In this document: positions 13,200-23,364 of the stretch, piece by piece | Layout of the letters: the number at the start of each line of letters is the position of its first letter | Numbering within the stretch: the first letter of the stretch is position 1 | Source: Asterias rubens | Taxonomy: Eukaryota | Assembly (NCBI RefSeq): GCF_902459465.1 | Contig: NC_047076.1 | Location: forward strand, 4,402,001 to 4,466,000 | Direction of reading: 5' to 3' | Length of the DNA stretch: 64,000 nucleotides | Position numbers and translations under genes: made by a program | The notes under the pieces: model-generated | What the model saw: the letters and a program-made list of their open reading frames with translations, nothing else | Databases searched by the model: none | Told to the model about the DNA's origin: nothing

Positions 13200-14600
13200 T
13201 TTAACCCTGATGCAGATGTGAGGATTAGGAATTCCTTAGATGAGCCCATAGGGGGAGAGATCAGCATGCACATGACACAGGGATCAAAACCTATACAACT
13301 CATCAACCATGATTTATCAGCCCTAACACTTGTAAACCTTATATCTCTGTGACATTACTAATTAATTTGTAAACACATCTTCTAGGGAGACCACAAAGTT
13401 GTTGACAACAGCTCCATTATTAAGAGGAGATTAGTTGTTTTGACCATTAATGAGGATTAGGAATTCCTCAGATAGCCCAGTATAAGCAGGAAGAGATCAG
13501 ATAAATACCAATATTAAAACTTATCAACTCATCAACAACGATTTCCCAGAACCCTAACACAAGTGAGATTATTATCTCATGACCTTACTAATTTCAATTT
13601 AATTGTTAAAGATTAACCTATTGATTAATCTAGGGATGCCACAACGTGTGTGTAACATGACAGCAGCCCTGTATATTGAGAGATTATTTGTATTGACCAA
13701 TATATGAGGATTAAGGATTCCTCAGATGAGCCAATAGCATGAAGAGATCAGATAGACTTCATACAAAAATAAAAACTTACAACTAATGACCCATGATTGC
13801 TCAGAACCCTAACACAAGCCTAAGATATCTGTATGATCATACAAACCTGATCACAAAGTTATTAAACACCAACAGCTCTAATTAAGAGGATATTATTTGT
13901 TTTTACCTATTATGAGGATTGGGGATTCCTCAGCTGAGCCAATTAGGCAGGAAGAGATTGATCAGACAATTGATGCAAAGATTAAAACCTATAACTCATC
14001 AACCATGAATTCTGAGCACCCTAAAGATTAAAACGTACAACTCATGAATCATGATTCCCCAAAACCCTAACACAAGTGAGATTTCTCTACGACAGACATT
14101 ACTTATTTGTAAACACATCACATAACAGTTTGTCAACACCACAACAGATCTAAATAAGAGGATATTATTTGTATTGACTAGTTATGAATAATTAAGAATT
14201 CCTCAGATGAGCCAATATAGGCAGAAGAGATAAGACACACTTAATATCCATATCCAGTTTAACAGAATCCTAACACAAGTGAGATTAAATTTCTAGACCT
14301 TATTTCAACTTAGTTGAATAGAATAAAAAGCATAAAAGCAGTACAAGTTCTCAAAAGAATATAATCTACCCAGTTGGTCTGATTTTACCACAAACCAAAA
14401 TAATACATTCAATTGAATTGTTTTTGTGTTACTCCATGCAGGCTACCTGCTGTTAGTAAACACATCTTCTGGGAGACCACAAAGTTTTTAAACATGACAA
14501 CATAATGTGGAGATGGTTAGTATTGACCAATACTATTTATGAGGATTAAGGGTTCCTCAAAAAGGCCAACAGGAAATAAGAGACAAGACAAAGAGTACAA
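13200..14600. repeat. Diverged tandem array, about 210-270-bp period, about 6 units
   Basis: Recurring GAGGATTAGGAATTCCTCAGATGAGCCAAT ... AGAGATCAG ... AACTCATCAACCATGATT ... CCCTAACACAAG near 13220, 13452, 13705, 13914, 14185, 14540. Confidence 0.85.
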
Positions 14601-16899
14601 AATCTTACAGTGAGTGTTACCACAACACATTCACTTGTCCTATATCAGCCATTACAGAGGATAGGGATTTAAACCAATCCTCAATGTGACAACAGAAACA
14701 ATTAACACACAGAATAATGAGAATCTTTCCACACAAGTGTACTCCAAGATTGTTATTCAACTCATGCATATTTCCATTCACTCAAACAGTTTCACTTTAT
14801 CCATCTAGGTCTGTCACTCCTATGCTAAAAAAAAAACCAAATTACACTAAATGTTATACTAATTGTTGTAAAAACTTATGATATTTAAGGTATTTACCAT
14901 TAATTTCAAACCTATTTATTTTGTTAAGTTATTGAGCAAGTTTTATGTATGTTGTTTGTTTTGGTTCTGTAATGTTTGATGTTCTGTACTTGTTGATGTT
15001 TGTTTTGGATGTTTGCACCATTTCTTCTCGCATTGACCATTTTAAACTAAAAGTCTCTGTTTTTCATAATATATCAGTTTAATTCAGTTCAGTTCAGTTT
15101 ATTCGAATTTCCACTCAATCCGGTGAATATTGAAGCGAATGTTAAGAGGAACAACAAGGAGGCGGATTATTTATAGTGTCTCTTTCCGGTCTTTGAAATT
15201 CTCCAGCCTGTTGCGAATGTAAAGTTTCCAATCAACACTTTTGTTGAAGTTGAAGAGACGCATTCACACATGGGTCGTGAACTCAGTGTCAACTAGGCAG
15301 GTGTTTCGCACAATAGTTAAAGTTATACAATTTCCATTGTAGTGAGCCTTTTACTACTGCACTAAAGTTTTGTTTAATCGGATTAACTTAAGCTATTTAC
15401 ATGTCTAGACGACTAATGCTTGATGTCATAACACTGACACAGATTGAATTGCTTAAAAATGCACATCTTTTTGGGGTGAATATTGAAGAAGGCTATAATT
15501 TTTTGAGCCGAATTACCACAACACAGGCACGTTTACATGATCATGATGATGTAGTTTTAAAATTAATTCTCAAAAGTCAGGAAGTAATAATGCCTTGGTA
15601 TTTACTATAGTACAAATATACATACATACCCCATTCATCCTGTTTCTCTCGGCATTTTTGTAATTCACTCACATCAGTTTACAACTTGCTTTCAAAACTC
15701 ACCGAAATTGTCCGCCGTGTTACTTTGAGCCTGCACGGCGCGTCCATATAACATTTCACGGTTAGCTGGTTCCGTGAGAAAATACTCCCCTCACTTCCAG
15801 GTGAAATTTTCCCGCAGATAATTGTCCTCTGCTGAGATGAAAAGACACCAGCTCCATCAGCAAACGTTTCCCGGTCAATTAAAGAATAAAACAACACATT
15901 ATGCCCTAATTTGGCCTGAGACAAGGAAATTTGTGAGATTTTTTTCTCATGAATTTCAAATTAAGTCGGCTCTGCATTAAAATTTCACTGATACTGAAAA
16001 AGCGCAACAGGTCCCTTTTGCTTTTTGCTTCCAAGGGGCGGTTCACTGGATGTATATGCTTCCGCAGTCACTTAAAATTTCTTCAAATTTCACCTTTTGT
16101 CCAATAAAACTTATAGAATGCTTGTAAAGTATTCTCAATATGATTTAAGGAGTATACATTTTAGGTTTTTTATTTTTTTTTATTTTGAAGTCTAAAAAAA
16201 TAAACCTGTTTTTCTTGGTGCGAAGGGATACCGACCCCTTTACAACCCACAAGGAAAGTCGTCTGCTAAAATTTTAGGGGACCCGTTTTAGGGCTTGCCA
16301 TTGGTCAACAGTACTGAAAAACCATCTACTGATTGGCTAATTCAGAATGCGTTATGCAAAAATCTTCGTAGTCACATGCTGAACTATTAATAACTACATC
16401 AAAACAACGTTGCTCTTTGCTGGTTGACTGGTTTCCTGCTAATTTGAAAATTAGTAGCAAGTAAGTCGTTTGGTAACCAGGAGAGTGTTGTGTACTAATT
16501 GAGCATGGATGGCTATATGATATCCCATTAGTAGTGCGCTTTCGTTTCAGTAACTTGCTTGGAATTTTCTGGGGCGTTTCTTGTCATGATATTGGATTGG
16601 CCGTACTTTATGAGGAAACTGGCCGCCCAATAATCATGTTTTGAAAATACTAATAACATAATACAGCCGGGTGACAGTCTAGAATCAAATTTTGCGAAAA
16701 GAGAATGTTCGAATTGAAATGAGTGCAGCTAAAACCTCCCCCACCCACATCTACTATCTATACTATTACTATGCTCGTTACCGAGTAAGTTCTTTTAACA
16801 ATTTATTTTGAGTAATAACCGATAGTGTCAACTGCCTTTATAAGGAATAATGTTTTAATCGATTTCGAAAAATAGATTTCCCTGATGAAAAAAGCACAA

Positions 16900-17148
16900 C
16901 AGTGGCAACTGGTAATTCTAATTATTGGAACCCCCCCCCCCCCCCCAACCCGGACCTCCCCTTCCTTTTCAGTCAAATGACGTCATAAAAAAAAAGTTTT
17001 GGAGCTTGATAGAGGGCGCTTTGGAAAAAGAAAAACCCAGCAGTGTGTGAAAAAAAAAACTACACAAACCAGCTGCATAAACTGTTTTCGTGTGTGGATT
17101 TGAAAGTGATTGCCAGGAAAACGAAGACCTTCTACAACAGACGATCAT
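16900..17148 (+). promoter_or_regulatory. Candidate promoter and non-coding exon 1 of the TEX12-like gene
   Basis: TGACGTCA (CRE) 16978-85, CAACTG (MYB-like) 16906-11, TTTGAA (CHR-like) 17099-104; strong donor CAT|GTAAGT after 17148; next good acceptor at 18168. Confidence 0.5.
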
Positions 17149-17231
17149 GTAAGTACAATTAAAAGAATCAGATTTTATATGATTTTAAACAAATAATGTT
17201 GGGGGAAAATGGGCTACGTGCATGTCTCTTA

Positions 17232-17318
17232 CTCCTAGAAATATTTCGGTTTCGTCCGGCTATCCTCTCCCGTGTAACGAGAGACGATAGCCGGACGAAA
17301 CCGAAATAGTTCTGGGAG
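17232..17318. mobile_element. 87-bp hairpin MITE with TA target duplication
   Basis: CTCCTAGAAATATTTCGGTTTCGTCCGGCTATC / GATAGCCGGACGAAACCGAAATAGTTCTGGGAG, flanked by TA on both sides. Confidence 0.8.
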
Positions 17319-18178
17319 TACCTGTCTCTCTAGTGTTTTTATTATTATAGATAGTCAGAATCAGATCAGATGGCTTTTTCGTCTCCGTATTAAAACTTTA
17401 CCAGCTTGCTTGGAATAGAAAGTCCAACTTTTGTATTGTTGTAGCCAACTCTCTGAATCATTCAGAGTATAGTTGCCCGTATGCCCTTTGGCCTGGGATG
17501 CGATATGTCATTACTCAATAATATAGAATTTAAATTAAAGGTGTTTATCAGATCAAAAATCAAAATTATCACTTCTTGTTCTGGTTAAATATTATTGCTA
17601 TTATTTAACACTAAAACCACTGGCCTCAGGCATGTGTGGTGTAAAGTGTGTGGTCCAGTGTAAAATTTGAGGCCTGTTGTATCCTGTAAATGTGGGGCCT
17701 CCTCCTCTGCTGGACAAAATACTTTTGTTTATTTTATTGTCGGGCCTGTAACTAGTGTAAACTCATGACTGAACAAGTCTGGTGGTCTTGTGTTTTTTTA
17801 ATTGAATAACAAAACCTTGCAGTGCAGTGTCACATTTTGAACAAAAACAAACACAAATTAAGTTCAAATGTTGATTTTGAGCATGATAAACAGATTTAAA
17901 AACAATGTATTCCAATAATAAAGACAAAAATGGTAAATCTTCTCTTATTATGCTGTATGTCTTTGTACTTAATTCAAGTAAAAAACAGTATGCATGTTAA
18001 ACCATTTGGTGTTTTCAAAAACAGTTCTGGGCAAGTTAACATTTTGAGCAACAAGCCCTTTGGTCATGTGAACTTTCTCCCAAACCTAGCTCCTTGACCT
18101 AATTTTAACTCTCAAAATTTGCAATCTTTTTTTGATCTGAGCTTTTTCATGTTATTAACTATTTCCAGACTGAATGAG

Positions 18179-19993
18179 ATGATGGAGTCATCAATAGTCA
18201 TGGAAAGCTCAACCATTGATGAGGAAAGTTCAGTCACAGCATCAACTTCTGGAGGAAACGACCCACAAATATTCAACCATTCCATTGAACAGAAGGCCGA
18301 CCCACAAGGCACCTTCAGTTTCGGCTTAAAAGGTAAATGGGCTGATAAATAACTTGTTGAGGTTTACAGACAAGTCTCGAATTCACAAAGCACTAAGATA
18401 TCTTCTTGAAGGGAATTTATACCTTTGGTTTTTCGGGCATACAATTGTTTTTGAATGTTGATTTTAAGTTGTTGATTGTATCTTATGCACTTTTAGTAAG
18501 ATTTTTGAAATAGAATGTAATGGATCAATAATAACTAAACAAAAAAGGAGAGACCACGTCCTATGTATTACTATTACCAACAATAAAAAACAACCGACAC
18601 ACACAAAATAGAAAATATTAACAAGTCAAAATAACTTCAATTTTGTTCTCAGAGGACAACACACCATGCCATGTTGGACTGACAGACAAACACATGGGGA
18701 GTTCTTTAAAAGGTGAGTACCAATAACGATTCTATGATTTAATGATTAAGTGCGACTGATGCAGAAACAAAAAGCAGTTTCAGTTTGAAAGCTCAATGAT
18801 CAGAGATCCAATCCTCTACTGAAGAATATTACTCTGCAAGTCAAGAAAGAATAACAAAGAATAACATGCAGGCCACAGAGGCCTGGTCTTGGCCTTGGTC
18901 AGGTCTTGTGCCTGGTCTTGGCCTAGCTTGGTGCTCCTTCAAAAGTTTCCCTTTGACTTTAAGAAATTCCATTGGAAGTGCCCTTTGCAAAATGACGATG
19001 ACCTTGCCCTTTCGAAGTGAACTTCTAGGCCTGATTTAGAGAGTGATCCCAAAATGCCCAAAACAACTGATTGACACTTAAAATGAATACCTCTTACCAA
19101 GATAAATCGCAGGTGTGAGATTTTTAAGGGAAAACAAGTTTTCTCTTTTGTGCGAGATGCATATTCAACAAATGTTTTTATTTGGTTTATGACTAGCAAT
19201 TGGCCAAGAGATGAAGACTGCATGTCTGGAATGGGAACAAACGATGGTGTAAGTAGAAAACATTGATATGGATTTTATCATAATATACATGTAGTGGCTT
19301 CTTATATAGCGCGCATAACGGTCACTCAGTGCTGCTCAAGGTGCTTTAACACAAAGTATTTTCCTGTGTAGTGTGTTGGACAACGTATCAATTATGAGAC
19401 CTACATAGCTCCATGTATGATTAACAAGGTGCTGTGGCACAATATGCTGCTATTCAAATCAGGAACACCGGGGCGAACCCCTTCTCTTTTAGCAATAAGT
19501 GCACTGGGTTCTTTTACTTGCATTACACAATGCTTGGCATGATACTCACATGAAAATAATACGCGCAATCCCAAGGAAGGATATAACGTACATTCATAGC
19601 TTGCTGGGTTCCATTTCTATAGTGTAGATCTTAAACTTTGCCATTTTCAAAATTGGAGATGCACTGTTGGGTGTTTTTTTTTCAAAAACTCTTTTAGTGC
19701 CAAGGTCATACATGTACGATATAGTTTATGTGTTCCAAAAGTGTCATTTTCAACCATCTACAATCTAAAGTATGCACTGAAGGAGTCCATATAGATTTCC
19801 CATTTAACACTGAATTATTCTTCTTATTGTTCCTAACCAAAGAGAGAGTGAGCAGTTTGAGTTGTTCTGCCCAACCAGAGTTGATAAGTTGCTTCAAGAG
19901 GCGCATGCCATGGAGGAACATCTGCTGCGTCAGAAAGAGGAACTCATCTCACGTCTTAGAAATCTCTCTCAGACCCTACAGGTTATCTCCTAG
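18179..19993 (+). CDS. TEX12: TEX12-like synaptonemal complex central element protein, 138 aa
   Basis: Exons 18179-18332, 18653-18712, 19197-19248, 19843-19993 join in frame (417 nt). C-terminus IGQEMKTACLEWEQTMVESEQFELFCPTRVDKLLQEAHAMEEHLLRQKEELISRLRNLSQTLQVIS aligns without gaps to recalled human TEX12 [64 protein letters not shown]. Confidence 0.8.
18868..19033. mobile_element. Interspersed repeat with CAGGCC...GGCCTG-type ends; copies about 46140-46200, 53579-53725, 61377-61495
   Basis: Shared core GGCCTTGGT..CC.TTCAAAAGTTTC ... AAGTGCCCTTT.CAAA ... CTTGCCCT. Confidence 0.65.
19330..19530 (+). mobile_element. Interspersed repeat fragment; reverse copy about 36580-36720
   Basis: TTATGAGACCTAC ... 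ACAAGGTGCTGTGGCACAA.ATGCT ... CACCGGG ... CACTGGGTTC in both. Confidence 0.6.
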
Positions 19994-20794
19994 AGACCCA
20001 TTTAACTATCTCCTCACTACTCATTTCTAATTCTGAGTCAACTACATGAAAAAAATGACGTCTGAAACAGTTAGGACCGGCTGGAAGTGCTAGAAGTCAA
20101 AATGTTGCAGTCGTTTGAAACGACTCTGGAGCGCCTTGGTTTCCAACGTCTTTATTGTCATGAACCGAGCATGTTTACATGAAAATGTTATGTTAAGTTC
20201 GCCTGTCTGAATCTAAAATGTAATCGGTCCAACCTAGAGTCACTCCTTGGTTCGGCGCCACTGTTGCGCGCCTCTCTGACCCAGGTGTTAGAGGGGCCAT
20301 TTCAGTGCCTATCAGTCACCACCTCATACTGTTTTATTGGTAAAATTTTACATTATGATTTTCTGAAATGTATCTTGAACATTCACACAAAATACCACAC
20401 AATCTTCTCAGTCAAACATCCATTGTTGTTTTCTCTTTCTTTATTCTTTGTGATACAAATAATTCTCTTGCATTTTTTGATAATACTTTTGAGTGTTCGA
20501 ACCTCTTATAGATAAATACAAACTTGTATTTTATAATTCTGTTGATAAAACATTTTCAGACTCTTGTTTAGAAAGTTAAATAATCTTTATTTATTTATAA
20601 GACAATAGAATGTAGAGGTTGGAAGTTCCTTTGGAAATAAAAGAAAATGTCGCCGAAGAATGATTTACAAATGAAGCTTGGGAAGAACTAAATGTATTAT
20701 AAAACCCCATACTTGTATTCTGCCTTATGATTAGTTTACAGTGCATCACATGATATGTCTTAATTTTACAAGAATGCCGTGCAAGCATTGCACG

Positions 20795-21015
20795 ATACCC
20801 ATATCAACCAACTGTCTATACCCATAGCAACCAATTTTCTAAATAGTAATCAATATACCTTTTACTGATATCAACCAATTCACTATTCCCACAGCAACCA
20901 ATCATACCCATAGAAACCACCGTTCTATAACTAAAGAAACCAATGAACTATAACTATGGCAACTAATGCACTATACACATAGCAACCACTGTACTACATG
21001 TATATCCGTAGCAAA
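20795..21015. repeat. Degenerate minisatellite of CCCATAGCAACC-like units, about 9 copies
   Basis: Units near 20799, 20821, 20868, 20888, 20907, 20931, 20954, 20978, 21006. Confidence 0.7.
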
Positions 21016-21239
21016 TTAGCTTCTTGATACTAAGATTTCTAAGGTTAGTGTAATGTTATAAAACAAATATTGACTGCTTGTACCCATGCTCTCTGGTTAA
21101 AACTACGACTCACACAGGATTTAGTCAGAGTTTTAACCAAAGCACTAGTCGGATCTGGATCTGGAGAAATATTCTAAACAATCTCATTAGAGCCAAATGA
21201 GAAGAGAAGATGCTGACGAAATTTCAGTTTTAGATGTGG

Positions 21240-21381
21240 GATGAAAACCCCAGAGAATTATTCCAGGGAAAACCCACGCAGTAAAGTAGGGATTGAAAAC
21301 CCAATCCACATGTTACCCGCGATAGGATTCGAACTGGGGTCCCAGAGGTGGAAGGCAAGGCAAGACACCACTACACCAACC
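21240..21381 (-). mobile_element. tRNA-derived SINE; copies about 57281-57423, tail fragments near 39380, 39530, 45640
   Basis: Minus strand: A-box-like TGGTGTAGTGG, B-box GTTCGAATCC, shared tail GGGTTTTCCC...AATTCTCTGGGG. Confidence 0.7.
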
Positions 21382-21383
21382 TG

Positions 21384-21542
21384 TCTTGGTGCATGAGTTT
21401 TGTTGAGTTGGTAAAACCATAGAGTCTACAAACATGTACGTTCACTCAACCAACAGCGCCCTCGATCGTTCGATAGTAATGTGCACTGCGTGGAAGATCG
21501 CGTAGTTGAGTGAAAATGAACAACAATGTTCTTGCACCAAGA
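21384..21542. mobile_element. MITE
   Basis: Ends GTCTTGGTGCA / TGCACCAAGAC. Confidence 0.5.
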
Positions 21543-22289
21543 CTACCGTAGCACTTCAAGCAGTCAATACTGGTATACTGGTCCTTAATAATTCTGTGCT
21601 CTGACTAGCATTTTTGGCCACTGCTGGTTTTTAAGGTACTTATTGTAAGTTCATATGAGAACCATATTTTTCTGTGATAAATTTCCCTTGGATATCAAGT
21701 CGTATTCAAGAAACTATATCTGAAACTTAAAATATTATTGCAACACCCAATTTCGATTGGTACAACCAAAGTTAAGGATGAAATGTTTACATGCTGAAAA
21801 AATGGCATGGTTTTCCACTATTTCTTCCGACTAACCCAACAGATAAAGCCAAAATTTTCACAGGTTTCATGTTTATGGTTGATCACACAAAACATGAACA
21901 CTGTCTATGACTACATATAATTAGTCAGCTCTACAAACTACCAATCCTGTTAATTACCTACAACTAATTTCACTCAAGTAAGCCCGACAAGAACTGATTG
22001 CAGGACAAATCACATAATTGTGTGAATAACGTTGGATTGTGAAATGTCAGTAGTTACCCGTTTTAAAATTTTCACAAAATAGTTTAACAAGCACAGTTTT
22101 TTCATAATTAGGCACACACTATTTTTTTTATAGATTGATTGACTAAACTCTAACTACTGTACATAAAGGTACAATTTTATAAAGTATTTTTTTTTTTTTC
22201 AAAACAATTTTCTAAGACTGGTTTATGAAACTAAAGATTTTCTAAAAACATTTGGACACAACAGCACTTTCCTATAAGTTGATGCTCAA

Positions 22290-22650
22290 AGGGACTGGAC
22301 ACATTTGGTAATTGTCAGTATTTTCACTTGGTGTATCCCAACAAATGCATAAATTAACAAACCTGTGAAAATTTGGGCTCAATTGGAAATCAAAGTTGGA
22401 AGAGAATAATGAAAGAAAGAAACCCCTTCTTGCACAACTTTGTGTGTCAGGTGCTAAAAAGGCTTCATCAGGCCTGAGGTCTTTTATTGAGAAATTACAA
22501 ATTTCTCAAAAAACTACCTTACTTAGAGGGAGCTGTTTCTCACAATGTTTTATACCACCATCATGATGCATCAGCTCTCCATTGCTTGTTACCAAGTATG
22601 TTTTTATGCTAACAAATTTTTTGAGTAATTACCAATAGTGTCCAGTCCCT
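22290..22650. mobile_element. TTAA-AGG (Kolobok/T2-MITE-like) non-autonomous element; relatives near 40190-40500, 57155-57250, 58060-58310, 60700-61091
   Basis: TIR AGGGACTGGACAC.TTTGGTAATT / AATTACCAATAGTGTCCAGTCCCT; best-preserved family ends abut TTAA. Superfamily inferred from the TTAA/AG termini. Confidence 0.7.
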
Positions 22651-22830
22651 TTTTTGATACACACTCTTAAGTCACATGACTAGGAAGAAGTTGATCTATT
22701 GCACCAATTAAAAATTTCTTTCTATACACAGATGCAGCACAACTGTTTATTCTTCCATCACATTTTCGTGTGGAAAAACAAGACAGTTGGATCGCCAGCC
22801 AAAAACTATTCCAATGGAAGACTTTTGAGA

Positions 22831-23066
22831 CCCTGGCGGCAGCAGACATAATGGTCGAACTCTCCCTAATTCAGGAGAAATTTCCCCGTTATTCTGAAGA
22901 AATTTCCCTGGAAATAAACCAATCTTTGCATGTTCTGATAAACAAAATTGAAAATCTCCTTGATTTTGGAAACCTTTCCCCTTAAATGTTGAATGTAATT
23001 CTAAACATCACCCTGATTGTTTTACTAAGTCTCCCTGATTCCAAGATGCAAATGGTGCAGCTCTCG
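22831..23066. mobile_element. Probable hAT-like MITE with TCCCTGA-type subterminal repeats
   Basis: Repeated TCCCT.AT / TTTCCC motifs between CCCTGGCGGCAG and GCAGCTCTC. Confidence 0.4.
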
Positions 23067-23364
23067 GTCCAAGTTCATAGAGCTGCTTTAGCACGACAAA
23101 ATTATGCTTACCAGAATAAGGTTACCAGCCAAACTACAAATTCAAATGCACAATTTATTACTGGTATCCTGCTCATTTCTGCTTAGCAGACACTTTTTTA
23201 GCAAGATTTTCTTCATTTTATTCTATTTTAAAAACATCTTTCCAACCATATGCATTGTAAAACAATTGGTTTTCAAACGCTTTTCTTAGACCTTGCCCGA
23301 TCCAAGGCAAAGTGCGCACCTCTATGAAATTGGGCCCATCCAAAAGTCTCCAACTGAGCGTACC

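Noticed and set aside
15679-15924. 81-aa minus-strand ORF at the edge of the repeat block
   Set aside because: No recognisable homology and no convincing splice partners; left unassigned.
22770-22985. 71-aa ORF with helical appearance
   Set aside because: Mostly within a TCCCT-repeat MITE; no splice context.
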